Under the pieces are notes generated by a model that ran no database searches, had not been told where the DNA came from, and saw only the letters and a program-made list of their open reading frames with translations. Made by a program: the position numbers and the translations under genes. Shown here in pieces: positions 1-10,483 of a stretch of DNA of 64,000 nucleotides. Origin of the DNA: Candidatus Aminicenantes bacterium (GTDB taxonomy: Bacteria; Acidobacteriota; Aminicenantia; Aminicenantales; JAFGBC01); assembly GCA_963702005.1 (NCBI GenBank), contig OY969696.1, forward strand, positions 736,001 through 800,000, in the 5' to 3' direction. The stretch's first letter is position 1, and each line of letters starts with the position of its first letter.

Positions 1-597
1 GGGGAGCTCAGTCTCAACCGGGAACAGGGGCGCCTCATGGACATCGTCCTCAACGAGTCGAACCGGGTCTCGCAGACGATCGAGCAATTCTTGACCCTAG
101 CCTCTCCTGAGCGAGTCGCCTTCACGGTCCTGAACCTTTCCGAGCTTTTCCAGGAGACGCTGACCATCCTCCGGGCGGGCGGCGAGTTGGACGGCGGGAT
201 CCGGATCGAAGGGAACTTCACGGAGGGCGGCGTCTATTACTATGGAAACAGCAACCAGTTCAAGCAGATTTTATGGAATCTGACCAAGAACGCCGTCAAG
301 GCCATGCCCCAGGGCGGAAGCCTGACGATCGACTTCCTGCGCCCCCGGGAGACCGAGCTCCAGATTCGGTTCTCCGACACGGGGCGAGGCATGACCGACC
401 AGGAACGGGCCCGCATGTTCCTGCCCTTCCAGTCCGGGTTCGATACGGGCTGGGGCTTGGGCATGGCCCTCGTCCGGCGGATCGTCGAAGACTATGAGGG
501 GACGATCGACGTCGTCTCGAGTCCCGGCCGGGGGACCGTCATCTCGATCATCCTGCCCGTCCGGGGGAGAGCGGCCCGCGAGGCGGCCGCTTCCTGA
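1..597 (+). CDS. pilS: PilS-like sensor histidine kinase, C-terminal HATPase part (5' truncated by window)
   Basis: N-box QILWNLTKNA, G1 DTGRGM, G2 GWGLGMAL; frame open to window start; directly upstream of NtrC-type regulator and pilin. Confidence 0.8.
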   Translation, partial: GELSLNREQGRLMDIVLNESNRVSQTIEQFLTLASPERVAFTVLNLSELFQETLTILRAGGELDGGIRIEGNFTEGGVYYYGNSNQFKQILWNLTKNAVKAMPQGGSLTIDFLRPRETELQIRFSDTGRGMTDQERARMFLPFQSGFDTGWGLGMALVRRIVEDYEGTIDVVSSPGRGTVISIILPVRGRAAREAAAS

Positions 598-604
598 GGA
601 TGCC

Positions 605-2014
605 ATGGAAACGATCATCATCCTCGACGACGAGAAGAGCATCGTCGAGCTGTTGACCATGGTCTTCGGCAAGGAGGGCTACGCCGTCAAGTCCTTCGTC
701 CCCTCGGCCCGGGTCATGGACAGCCTCGAGAAGGAGGATTTCGACCTCCTCATCACCGACATCCGGATGCCCCAGATCAGCGGGATGAAGATCCTCAAAC
801 ACATGCGGGCGGCCAAGCCGGATGTCCCGGTCATCGTCATCACGGCCTACGGCAGCATCCCCCAGGCCGTCGAGGCCCTCAAGGAAGGAGCCCTCGACTA
901 CGTCGTCAAGCCCTTCAATATGGATGAGCTCAAGATCATCGTCCAGAACGGCCTCGAAAAAAAGCGGCTCAAGGATGAGAACGTCCTCCTCAAGAAAGAC
1001 CTCCAGGAAATCTACAGCTTCGAGCAGATGATCGGGAAGAGCAAGGTCATGAAGGAGATCTACACGCTCATCGAGAAGATCGCGACGACGGACTCGACCG
1101 TCCTCATCTCGGGCGAGAGCGGGACGGGCAAGGAACTGGCCGCCCGGGCCCTTCACTTCCAGAGTCGGCGCCGCAACGGCTCGTTCGTCTCCTTGAACTG
1201 CGCGGCCCTTCCCGAGAACCTCCTCGAATCGGAGCTGTTCGGCCATATCCGGGGGGCCTTCACCGGAGCGGTCGTCGACAAGCGCGGCATGTTCGAGGTC
1301 GCCCAACGGGGGACTTTGTTCCTGGACGAGATCGGGGAAACGACGCCCTGGACGCAGGTCAAGATCCTGCGGGCCCTCCAGGACCGGAAGATCCGCCGCG
1401 TCGGCGGGACCGAGGAGATCCCGATCGACGTCCGGATCATCTGCGCCACCAACCTGGACCTCAAAAAAAGAATCGAGGAGGGCAAGTTCCGGGAGGAGCT
1501 CTTCTACCGGATCAACGTCATCTCGTTCGAGATGCCCGCCCTGCGCCGGAGGATCGAGGACATCCCCCTCCTCGTCTCCCACTTCCTCCAGAAGTATTGC
1601 CAGCGGATGAACAGGCGCATGAAGCGGGTCGCGCCCGAGGTCATCGGCTTATTCGAGGCCTACGGCTGGCCCGGCAACGTCCGGGAGCTTGAAAACGCCG
1701 TCGAGAGGATCGTGGCCATCGAGGATCGGGAGACGATCACCCCGACCTGTCTGTCGCCCGAGATCCTCCATCCCGGCCAGCCGGCCGAAGCGCCGACCGG
1801 GCTCGAGGCCGGCTTCAACTTGACGGCCCACATCGACGAGATCTCCAAGAGGTACCTCCTCCAGGCCCTCCAGGCGGCAGGATCCAACTTGAAAAAGGCG
1901 GCCGACCTGCTCGGCCTCAGCTACCGCTCCCTCCGCTACCTGATCGACAAATACGGCCTCAAAGACCATCCGGAAGAGCCCCAGGCGGGGAAGACCGCGG
2001 AGGGGGCCAGATGA
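605..2014 (+). CDS. pilR: Sigma-54-dependent response regulator (PilR/NtrC family)
   Basis: Receiver (DDE, DIRMP, KP), Walker A GESGTGKE, GAFTGA, WPGNVRELEN, Fis-type HTH; ATG at 605 after GAGGA. Confidence 0.9.
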   Translation: METIIILDDEKSIVELLTMVFGKEGYAVKSFVPSARVMDSLEKEDFDLLITDIRMPQISGMKILKHMRAAKPDVPVIVITAYGSIPQAVEALKEGALDYVVKPFNMDELKIIVQNGLEKKRLKDENVLLKKDLQEIYSFEQMIGKSKVMKEIYTLIEKIATTDSTVLISGESGTGKELAARALHFQSRRRNGSFVSLNCAALPENLLESELFGHIRGAFTGAVVDKRGMFEVAQRGTLFLDEIGETTPWTQVKILRALQDRKIRRVGGTEEIPIDVRIICATNLDLKKRIEEGKFREELFYRINVISFEMPALRRRIEDIPLLVSHFLQKYCQRMNRRMKRVAPEVIGLFEAYGWPGNVRELENAVERIVAIEDRETITPTCLSPEILHPGQPAEAPTGLEAGFNLTAHIDEISKRYLLQALQAAGSNLKKAADLLGLSYRSLRYLIDKYGLKDHPEEPQAGKTAEGAR

Positions 2015-2031
2015 CCAAATATCGGCACGTT

Positions 2032-2135
2032 GAGACATTTATTGTCACAATGCAGAAGGGAAGAAGGATTCCGAAGTTTTTAAAATTAGATTTATCAACG
2101 AGTTACGTTATATTGCTTTTGGCACGGGGATTGCA
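2032..2135 (+). promoter_or_regulatory. Sigma-54 promoter of pilin with candidate enhancer and IHF site
   Basis: TGGCAC-N5-TTGCA at 2120-2135; IHF consensus TATCAA-cgag-TTA at 2093-2105; imperfect inverted repeat TGAGACA-n5-TGTCACA near 2032-2050. Confidence 0.85.
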
Positions 2136-2211
2136 TAAAATAGGTGCGTCTGCACTGATTCTAAATAGTATCCTTGCTCGATGAGAAGTCAGCAAGGAAA
2201 AGGAGGTTTCA

Positions 2212-2775
2212 ATGTTTAAGCGGATGAGAGGATTCACCCTCATCGAGCTGCTGATCGTCGTCGCGATCATCGGGATTCTGGCCGCTCTCCTTATCCCCAA
2301 CGCCATCACGGCCATCCAGAAGGCCAAGCAGAAGAGCACCATGAAGGACATCAACACGATGTCGACCGGATGCGCCGACTACATCACGGACCATGGCTCT
2401 TGGGATGCCTTCACCCAGGACGGGCAGCTGACGGCCAACAACGAGTGGTTGCAAGCCATCGCGCCCTTCTACGTCAAGATCCTTCCCGTGGGCGACGGCT
2501 GGGGCAACGGGTTCTATGTCTATGTCGGCCAGACCGCTGTCCAGGGCAACGGCGCCATCACCAGCCTGAACTCCGGGGACGTGGGCGAGGATGACTTCGT
2601 CTGCGCTTCGGCCGGCCGCGACAAGACGCTCGAGGGCTTTGCTTTCGATGAGACCAATCCCGAGAGCGGTTTCTACGAAGTCAACAGCCTCGCCGATTTC
2701 CAGAACGACCTGGTTCAGTGGAGCGGCTCTTGGGTTCGTTGCCCCAGAATCGCTCGGGCCATCGCGGGCACCTGA
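2212..2775 (+). CDS. Type IV pilin / pseudopilin-like major subunit
   Basis: Class III signal G|FTLIELLIVVAIIGILAA with E5; strong RBS AGGAGG; sigma-54 promoter. Confidence 0.9.
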   Translation: MFKRMRGFTLIELLIVVAIIGILAALLIPNAITAIQKAKQKSTMKDINTMSTGCADYITDHGSWDAFTQDGQLTANNEWLQAIAPFYVKILPVGDGWGNGFYVYVGQTAVQGNGAITSLNSGDVGEDDFVCASAGRDKTLEGFAFDETNPESGFYEVNSLADFQNDLVQWSGSWVRCPRIARAIAGT

Positions 2776-2813
2776 TCCTGAACTGATCGCAGTCTGAAGA
2801 CAGGCCAAACGGA

Positions 2814-2852
2814 AGGGGCGAACCGCCCAGGGCGGTTCGCCCCTATTTTTTT
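2814..2852 (+). terminator. Intrinsic terminator after pilin
   Basis: AGGGGCGAACCGCC / GGCGGTTCGCCCCT stem followed by T-run. Confidence 0.85.
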
Positions 2853-2872
2853 ACCCCGATCTTAATCTCGGC

Positions 2873-4826
2873 TTAGAATCCCCGCTCGGGGAGGATATCG
2901 TAATACTTCTTAGGGTTGTATCCGCTGTCCATCATCCTGCGCCGGATCCGGTCGGCCTCTTTACGGAAGCCGAGCTTGAAGTAGCAGGACAGAAGCCGGT
3001 TGAGAAGCGTATCCCGCCAGAGGGGGTCCGTTTCGACCTGAAGGGCCGCCTCGTAGGAATAGGCGGCCCTTCGGTAATCGAGCCCCTTCATATAGGCGAG
3101 GCCGCGCTCGATGAGATGGGGGACGTCCCAGGCCGTCCAGTCCGCGGAACGAGCCACCTCGTCGAGAAAAGACTGGAAGTCTTTAGAGTAGAGCTTAAAC
3201 AGATCTTGGGGGCGACCGACGAGCCGGACCCGGCCCCGTCGGTCCGGATTGAAGATCAAGGGCGGGCCGGCCGATACGGCTGAGCCGCTTCGCTCCAGGG
3301 GGATTAGCAGGCCGCGCTCCAGAGTTCCTAGATAGATGAAGAAGCGGCGGTCCGGGTGGCAATCCAGGAGACGGACGTTGTCGGCGCCCTGGTCTCGGGC
3401 GTAAATAATGTCGGCTTTAAGGTCGGGATCATTGAAGAGAAACCCCGAGCTCCAAACTCCGGCCGGATAGAACCGGCTCGGCGAACGGAGGATGCGCATG
3501 AATACGACGGCCCGCCCAAGGGAAAGCGAGCGGAGGGTGCGGCCGATGGCCGGGGACGTGCCGGCCAGGTCGTGACCGATCGTGTCCAGGGGATAGCCCG
3601 AATCTTTGGGCCATATCCAGCGTGGGAAACGGACGAAGAAACCGTGGCCGATGAAGAGAATGAGGAGGCCGGCCGTCAGGGCTTGGACCGCCCGGGGCTT
3701 GAGCCCCCCTCCCGAGCGGAGGAAGCGCTGGAATTCGAGAACGCCGCGCGCGCTGAGGAGAACGAGAAGGACGACGGTCTCGAACATGAGCCTGGGCCCG
3801 AGGGCGATAAGCGTTCCCCAGAAGAAGAAAAGGCCGACGAGCATCGAGAGAATCCCCGAGGCCAGGAGCAGGTCTTTGCGTCGCTCCTCGGCGGGGCGCT
3901 TGAGAACGACCAAGGGGAGAAGCGCCCACAGGGACGAGAGGGGCCATCCGAACAAGTCCCGGTTGAGCGCCTTGAGATAGGCGAAGATATTGTCCCAGCC
4001 CTGCAGCATGGTGAAGGCAGTGCCGGCCAAGCCCGTGTTTCCGAAGCCGGGAAGGATCTTGTCGCCGAATACGACCGAATATCCCATCCTGAACGGAGAA
4101 CCGTTGGTGATCTGATTGTAGGCGCCCAGGACGGCGATGAAGAAGGCCGCCCCGCCGGCGGCGGCCAGGATATTTCCCGCTCGCGACTTCAGCTCGGGCA
4201 GGGTCTTCCAGGCGTAGCTGAGAAGAAAAAGGAAGCCCGAAAATGAGGGCATTGTAAGGACGAATCATGATCATGAAGCCGAGACCGACTCCGGCCAGGA
4301 GCCCGTTGAGGAGGGTCGGCTTTGAAAGCGAGCGGATGAAAAAGACAAGGAACAGGGACGCGAAAAAGAGGCTGCTGGTGTGGTTCATGAAGCTCGAGGA
4401 CATCAGCAGAAACCAGATCGAGGCTGCGCCCAGGACGGCCGCCAGGGTTCCGGTTCGGCGGTCATAAAGCTCTACGCCCAACGCGTAGAAAAGGAGGATG
4501 GTAAGGGCCGCCAGCAGGGGGTTGACTATCCAGGGCGCGCCCAGGATGATGCCGATGGCCAGCAGGAGGGGATAGCCCGGCGTGTACATGCTGTACCAGC
4601 GGCCGTTGTTGATCGTGTGCGGGAAGGCAAAAAAATCCCTGGCGCAGGGCGATGGGGCGTAGAGGCGGCCCGACGCGAACAGACGGGCCTGGAACAGATA
4701 ATCGATCTCGTCGTGGATACGGGGCGTGTGTTCGAAAACGACCCAGGAGAAGACGTTGCTGAAAATGAGCACGAAGGCGGCGGCCGCCAGGACCGGCCAA
4801 GGGATCTTATTCCATCCGTGAACCAT
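2873..4826 (-). CDS. ArnT/PMT-like (GT-C fold) membrane glycosyltransferase with C-terminal TPR-like tail; single +1 frameshift near 4226-4230
   Basis: DE motif (RIHDEIDY), YTPGYP, many TM segments; two overlapping ORFs join as RPYNALIFGLPFLLSYAW if one base of the A5 run is removed. Confidence 0.75.
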
Positions 4827-4956
4827 CGGTCCCTTTATAGTTCAAATCCGTATCCGTTTCAATCCCCTTCGCGGGATCCCACGGACGTAAGTCCGTGGAG
4901 CTTCAGGCCGGAGTCGCCGGCGCGGTCATTTGTGCTATAATCAAAAACCGGACCCG

Positions 4957-5658
4957 ATGAGAACGATCGTTTGTCTTGGCGTCTATGTGCTGGCCGTCCT
5001 GATCATCATTCCCTTTCTCCTCGTTTGCTTTGTCTTCGGGCTGCGGGAGCCGGTCGCGGCGGCCGGGAAGGCGGCCCTCAAGCTGGGGCGGCCCATCCTC
5101 GGCCTCAAGCTCAAGGTCGCGGGCCTGCAACGCCTCGACCCGGGGACGCCCTACGTTTACATGGCCAATCACCTGAGCTTACTGGACGGGCCGATCCTGT
5201 TCGCCGTCATCCCCCGCCTGGTCCGGGTCATCCTCAAGAAGGAAGTCTTCCGGATTCCGGTCATCGGCCAGGGCATGCGCTTCGTCGATTTCGTGCCCGT
5301 CGACCGTAAGGGCTTCAAGGCCGGGAAGAAGAGCATTGAAAGGGCCGTCCGGCTCATGGCTGAGCGGAGATATTCTTTCCTCGTCTTTCCGGAGGGGACG
5401 CGGAGCCGGGACGGGCGCCTCCAGGCCTTCAAACGGGGGGGATTTTTCCTGGCGCTGGCTGGCGGCGCCCCGATCGTCCCCATCACCATTCGGGGCAGCT
5501 ACGAGCTCATGCCCCGCGGCCGATTCTTCGTCAAGAAGGGCCCCGTCGGGGTCGAATTCCATGAACCCGTACCGGTCGCAGGATACGGGCCGGAAACCCT
5601 GTCCGCCCTCGTGGACAGGATTAGGGACATCATCCGATCAGAGGGAGGGGAGGATTAG
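4957..5658 (+). CDS. plsC: 1-acyl-sn-glycerol-3-phosphate acyltransferase
   Basis: NHLSLLD (HX4D) and FPEGTRS motifs. Confidence 0.88.
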   Translation: MRTIVCLGVYVLAVLIIIPFLLVCFVFGLREPVAAAGKAALKLGRPILGLKLKVAGLQRLDPGTPYVYMANHLSLLDGPILFAVIPRLVRVILKKEVFRIPVIGQGMRFVDFVPVDRKGFKAGKKSIERAVRLMAERRYSFLVFPEGTRSRDGRLQAFKRGGFFLALAGGAPIVPITIRGSYELMPRGRFFVKKGPVGVEFHEPVPVAGYGPETLSALVDRIRDIIRSEGGED

Positions 5659-5660
5659 CG

Positions 5661-6224
5661 ATGAACTACATGGCGGCGATCGAAAACCTGGGCCTGGTCG
5701 CTCAGGGCTTTTTCGAGACCAAGCAGGGACCGTTTGAAAAGGTCGTCGACGTCTGCGTCCGGAGTCTGCTGGCCGGGGGGAAGATCCTTCTGTTCGGGAA
5801 CGGCGGGAGCGCCGCCGAGGCCCAGCATTTCGCGGCCGAGCTCGTCAACAAATTCTACCGGATCCGCTCCGCCCTGCCCGCCCTGGCCTTGACGACGGAC
5901 GGCTCGATTTTGACCTCGATCGCCAACGACAGCTCCTACGACAAAGTTTTCAGCCGCCAGGTCGAGGCCCTGGGGATGCCCGGGGATGTCGCCATCGGCC
6001 TTTCGACGAGCGGGACGTCGGCCAATGTCGTGGAGGGGCTGCGCACGGCCAAGGCGAGGGGCCTGGTGACCGTGGCCTTGACCGGGAAGGGCGGCGCCGA
6101 GATGGCCGAGCTCGCCGACCATCTCCTCGACGTGCCCAGTAAAACGACTCCCCGCATCCAGGAGGTTCATCTGATCATCCTGCACCTTCTGGCCGAGCTG
6201 CTCGAGGAGAGACTTTCGAGTTGA
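5661..6224 (+). CDS. gmhA: Phosphoheptose isomerase (SIS domain)
   Basis: GNGGSAAEAQH, ANDSSY, STSG, RIQEVH motifs. Confidence 0.92.
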   Translation: MNYMAAIENLGLVAQGFFETKQGPFEKVVDVCVRSLLAGGKILLFGNGGSAAEAQHFAAELVNKFYRIRSALPALALTTDGSILTSIANDSSYDKVFSRQVEALGMPGDVAIGLSTSGTSANVVEGLRTAKARGLVTVALTGKGGAEMAELADHLLDVPSKTTPRIQEVHLIILHLLAELLEERLSS

Positions 6225-6244
6225 GATAGGCGGGAGGGCCGGCT

Positions 6245-6603
6245 CACCCGTTCGCCGACGCTACCCCGCCATGAAAGGCGGGGACGAGAAGCGTGGCTCA
6301 GGGTTAAACCTGATCAAGCCCAGCCTTGCAGTACACACGAACCGGGAACGGTTCGTGGGTGCCGGCATTCAGCACTCATAAGCCGTAAACGGCTTATGAG
6401 TACAGTCGCTCCAATGCCTGTAATGCGCGGTTCCCACAGAATTGAGTCCATGGAGCTCCGGGCCGGCGAGCAGCCTTGCAGCACTCATGACCCATAAACG
6501 GGCCATGAGTACTGCGAAACGCCTGCACTCATGACCCATAAACGGGCCATGAGTACTGCGAAACGCCTGCACTCATGGCTTCCATGAGTGTCGAGGGTTT
6601 GAC
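6245..6603. repeat. Cluster of REP-like palindromic repeats including two exact 44-bp tandem units
   Basis: Units GCACTCATGACCCATAAACGGGCCATGAGTACTGCGAAACGCCT at 6481-6524 and 6525-6568; related hairpins near 6331-6362 and 6371-6404; homologous pieces at 38910, 41922, 54232, 62662. Confidence 0.8.
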
Positions 6604-8942
6604 TTTCCGGAGGTCACGATCTCCTTGATTTTATCGGCGCCGGCGACCCCGCTGTTGAGCCAGATACAAACGGTTTTTTCCAGAAGCTTCCGGAAGAACG
6701 CCCTGTGCGCTTCCAGCCTGTCGGGCGTCCCCGGAAGAAGGTGGGGGTTGAAGAAAGGCTGGTTCCTGGACGGCGTCAGGTGTTTCCCCGCTCCCGAGGT
6801 CTCGCCGGTTTCAAGGATGCGGAGGGCCTCTTCGGCCGGAAGCGTGACGGCCTCGGGCGAGAAGGCGTCTCGGCGCAGGATGAACAGCCAGCGGAGGGTG
6901 GTTCGTTTGGCGTAGGCCGCGCTACCGCCCAGCCAATGGGGGTCGAGGAGGGCGTGGGCGTCTTTGGAGGCTTTGTAGCAGAACCCCGTCCCCCGGTCGA
7001 GCCGGCATTCCTGGAGCCGCTGGCAGTCCGCGTCCTGACAGTCCTCCTTGCGGATGATCACGTTCTCGCACTTGGAATTGTCGAAGAGGGAGGCGAGCCG
7101 GGGGAAAGCCTCGACAGCCGCGGTCGGGAGATAGAGCTTGCGCTCGACGTTGTCCGATTGGGGTTCGCCGTCGCTCATCCGGACGAAGGCGAGGTCGGTC
7201 GCGTGGAGCCGGAAGCGGGGGTCTCCGAGGAGTCCGAAGAAAAGCTCGGTCTTGGCGGTCCCCTTGGGGCCGATCAGGATGAGCCCCTTCCCCCCGCAAT
7301 CGGCCGCCATGCCGCGGACGGACTGCGCGCCCGACAGCCGTTCCGCGATGTCGGCGACCAGGCCGAGGGCCAGGCTCCGGAGCGGACCGTAGCCGTCGCT
7401 GTTGACGAGGACGCCCGTCTGAGTTTCGGCGTTGGTGAAGGCGCGCGGCTCCCGGCCCGGAATCCCGTCGACGGCATAGATGACGGCGTGGGGTTTCACG
7501 TCGGCGTCCAGCTGGGCCGGCGACCAGTTGTCCATCCAGAAGTCGTAGAGATGGGCGACGTTGGTCCGGAGCCGAACGATCAGGCCGTTGATGTTCGCGT
7601 TCCACTCGAAATCGCGGCCGGGACCGAGCCGGCTCTCCGCCTCGGCGACCAGGCCTTCGCGGACCGGAAGCGGAACGGCCGCTTCGACGGGGACGGGCTT
7701 CCGGACCCGGGTCAGGACGTTGTCGAGGGCGATCCGCTTGACCTTCTTGGCCGCCCTGAGCCTGGACATGGCTTCGACGATGCGGTCCATGCCCTTCTCC
7801 AGGTTCTCCATGGACGTCGCGTAGGAGAAGCGGATGTAGTCATCCGCCCCGAAGGCGTCGCCCGGGATAAGGGCGACCCGGGCCTGCTTGAGGAGATAGT
7901 ACGACAGCCCGTACGAGTTCCGGATCGCCAAGCCGTCGCATTCCTTGTCGTAGTAGGCCGAGACGTTGGGAAACAGGTAGAACGCGCCCTGGGGCTTGAA
8001 GCAGGAGACCTGGGGGACGGCCTGAAGGCGCATCAGGCAGTAATTCCGGCGACGCTGGAATTCGGCGACCATCCGCGAGACCTCATGCTGAGGTCCGGCC
8101 AAGGCTTCCACGCTCGCCTTTTGGGAAATCGAGCAGGCGTTGGACGTGCTGTGGCTTTGGATCTTGGCCATTCCGGCGATGACGTCGGCGGGTCCGGCCG
8201 CGTAGCCGATCCGCCAGCCCGTCATCGAATAAGCCTTTGAGACGCCGTTGATCAGGATCGTCTTTTTCTTGACGGCCTCGCCCAGGGCGGCGAAGCTCGT
8301 GAACTTGAATTCGTCGTAGACGAGGGCGGCATAGATCTCGTCGGCGATGACATAGATGTCCTCGTCCTTGATGACCGCGGCCAGGGCCTCGAGCTCCTCC
8401 CGGCTGTAAGCGGCGCCGGTCGGGTTCGAGGGGTTATTGAGGAGGAGGGCCTTGGTCGCCGGCGTGATGGCGGCCTTGAGCTCCTCGGCGGTCAGCCGGA
8501 ATCCGTTCTCCTCGCGAGTCGGGACGATGACCGGCTTCCCCAGGGCCAGGGCGACGGATTCGGGATAGGTCACCCAGTAGGGCGCCGGGATGATGACTTC
8601 GTCGCCTTCATTGACGAGAGCCTGGATAAGATGGTAGAGGGAGCTTTTTGCGCCGGAGGACACGATGACCTGATTCATCTCGTATCCGAGCCCGCAGTCC
8701 TCCTTGAGCCGGGCCAGGACGGCCTTCTTGAGGGCCGGAATCCCCTCGTTCTCGGTGTACTTGGTGAAGTTCTGCTCGATGGCCTTGATGCCGGCCGCCT
8801 TGACGTTGGCCGGGGTCGGGAAGTCGGGTTCGCCCAGGCTCAGGTCGACGACGTCGATGCCCTCGGCCTTCATGGCCATGGCCTTGGCCGAGATCTTCAG
8901 GGTCGGGGATGATCCGATCTTGCTGGCCTTGTCGGAGATCAT
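6573..8942 (-). CDS. aspC: Aspartate aminotransferase (class I/II PLP) fused to a C-terminal P-loop HPr-kinase/PEPCK-like domain
   Basis: GEPDF, NNPSNPTG, DEIY, SKAYSMTGWRIG in first ~395 aa; C-terminal ~390 aa has GLILIGPKGTAKT and a Cys-rich stretch. Confidence 0.8.
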   Translation of the reverse strand: MISDKASKIGSSPTLKISAKAMAMKAEGIDVVDLSLGEPDFPTPANVKAAGIKAIEQNFTKYTENEGIPALKKAVLARLKEDCGLGYEMNQVIVSSGAKSSLYHLIQALVNEGDEVIIPAPYWVTYPESVALALGKPVIVPTREENGFRLTAEELKAAITPATKALLLNNPSNPTGAAYSREELEALAAVIKDEDIYVIADEIYAALVYDEFKFTSFAALGEAVKKKTILINGVSKAYSMTGWRIGYAAGPADVIAGMAKIQSHSTSNACSISQKASVEALAGPQHEVSRMVAEFQRRRNYCLMRLQAVPQVSCFKPQGAFYLFPNVSAYYDKECDGLAIRNSYGLSYYLLKQARVALIPGDAFGADDYIRFSYATSMENLEKGMDRIVEAMSRLRAAKKVKRIALDNVLTRVRKPVPVEAAVPLPVREGLVAEAESRLGPGRDFEWNANINGLIVRLRTNVAHLYDFWMDNWSPAQLDADVKPHAVIYAVDGIPGREPRAFTNAETQTGVLVNSDGYGPLRSLALGLVADIAERLSGAQSVRGMAADCGGKGLILIGPKGTAKTELFFGLLGDPRFRLHATDLAFVRMSDGEPQSDNVERKLYLPTAAVEAFPRLASLFDNSKCENVIIRKEDCQDADCQRLQECRLDRGTGFCYKASKDAHALLDPHWLGGSAAYAKRTTLRWLFILRRDAFSPEAVTLPAEEALRILETGETSGAGKHLTPSRNQPFFNPHLLPGTPDRLEAHRAFFRKLLEKTVCIWLNSGVAGADKIKEIVTSGKSNPRHSWKP

Positions 8943-8971
8943 GGCAGACTATTCCGTCGGAGTCCGGGCCC

Positions 8972-10387
8972 TCAGCCGGCTTTCTCGCCTTTCTTAGGCT
9001 CGGGCGTGAGCTTGTCCTTGAGGAACTTCTGGAAGTCGACCCCGGTCAGGGTTTTGACGACCTCGGGCATTTGGGCCAGGATCTGGCCGACCTGGGCCGT
9101 CAGCTTGGTCGTGCCTAATTCTTTGTCTCCGCCGACGATAACGATCTTGTCGACCTTGGACAGGGGCTCGGCGATGGACTTGGCGAGCTGGGGCAGGACG
9201 CGGAGGTACATTTCGAGCAGGGCCGCATCGTTGTATTGCTTCCAGGCCTTGGACTTCTCGACCATGGCCTCGGCTTCGGCCAGGCCCTTCTGGCGGATCT
9301 TATCGGCCTCGATCCCGCCCTCGAGCCGCAGGGCCTCGGCCTTGCCGCGGGCTTCGGCCTGGATCCGGAACTCCTCGGCCTCGGCCTCGGCCCGGATCTG
9401 GTACTTGCGGGCGTCGGCCGTCCGGATGACGCTCGCTTCGAGTTCCTTCTCCTTGCGGCTGATCTCGAGGGTTTCGATCTGGATGGCCTGCTCCTTCTCG
9501 ATGATCAGGACCTTGGCCTCCTCCTTCTTGATCTCCTGGTTGAGCCGATGGCGCTCGAGCTCGTAGGCGAAGTCGGCCTGGGCCTTTTTCTGGTTGACGG
9601 CGGTTTGGGACTCGGCTTTCTTGGCCTCGTTCTCCCACTGGGCCTTGGCGATATGGGCGTCGGACTGGAGGCGGGCGACCTCGGCTTCCTTACGGGCCTG
9701 GCTGGACCGGATGACGGCCTCTTTCTCCGTCTCGGCCTCGGCGACCGCGGCGTCGCGCTTGGCGGCCGAGATGAGGGGCCGGGATAGGGAGTCGATATAA
9801 CCCTGGGTGTCGCTGATCCCCATCAGGGAGAAGGACATCAGGGTCAGGCCCATCCGGGACAGGTCGTGAAGGGCGGCCTGGATGACGCGGTTTGCAAACT
9901 CTTGCCGTCCCCGATAGATTTCTTCGACGCTCATCGTCCCGATGACCTCGCGCATCTTGCCCTCGAGGATCGCCATCGAGATGTGACGGATGCCGTCTTT
10001 GCCCAGGCCGAGAAACTGTTCGGCGGCCAGGCGAATGCCCTGGTCCGAGGAGTCGACCTTGAGCTGGGCAACCCCTTCGGCCATGACCGGGACGCCGCCG
10101 TGGGTCAGGACCTCGGGCGTCTTGATCGTGAGGGGGATGACCTCCAGGGGCAGGACGTTGACGATCTCCAATAAGGGCCAGACAAAAGTCCCTCCGCCCA
10201 GCCGGCAACGGTAGCCGACCTTGCGCTTGGCGCCGTCCGGTCCGACGACCGTCCGTTTCCGGCCGCCCGAGACGATCAGGGCCTCGTTGGGGCCGACCTT
10301 CCGGTACTGTTTGGACATGACGAGGGCGATCAGGATCAGGACGACGAGTATGATACCGGCGATGATAAGCTTGGCTACGATGGTCAT
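8972..10387 (-). CDS. Flotillin / SPFH domain protein
   Basis: N-terminal TM, SPFH domain (AAEQFLG), AEAEA coiled-coil repeats, LSKVDKIVIV. Confidence 0.9.
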   Translation of the reverse strand: MTIVAKLIIAGIILVVLILIALVMSKQYRKVGPNEALIVSGGRKRTVVGPDGAKRKVGYRCRLGGGTFVWPLLEIVNVLPLEVIPLTIKTPEVLTHGGVPVMAEGVAQLKVDSSDQGIRLAAEQFLGLGKDGIRHISMAILEGKMREVIGTMSVEEIYRGRQEFANRVIQAALHDLSRMGLTLMSFSLMGISDTQGYIDSLSRPLISAAKRDAAVAEAETEKEAVIRSSQARKEAEVARLQSDAHIAKAQWENEAKKAESQTAVNQKKAQADFAYELERHRLNQEIKKEEAKVLIIEKEQAIQIETLEISRKEKELEASVIRTADARKYQIRAEAEAEEFRIQAEARGKAEALRLEGGIEADKIRQKGLAEAEAMVEKSKAWKQYNDAALLEMYLRVLPQLAKSIAEPLSKVDKIVIVGGDKELGTTKLTAQVGQILAQMPEVVKTLTGVDFQKFLKDKLTPEPKKGEKAG

Positions 10388-10483
10388 GACAACCTCCTAA
10401 ACGCGTCTCCCCGTGACGAGAAGAAACCTAATCTATTCTAAACCTGCCCCGTTCGTCAAGCGACCGGCCCGGACGGCCCCGCC

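Noticed and set aside
6481-6590. Tandem palindromic repeats as a CRISPR array
   Set aside because: Units are identical end to end with no unique spacers, only about two copies, no cas genes; related motifs are dispersed like REP elements.
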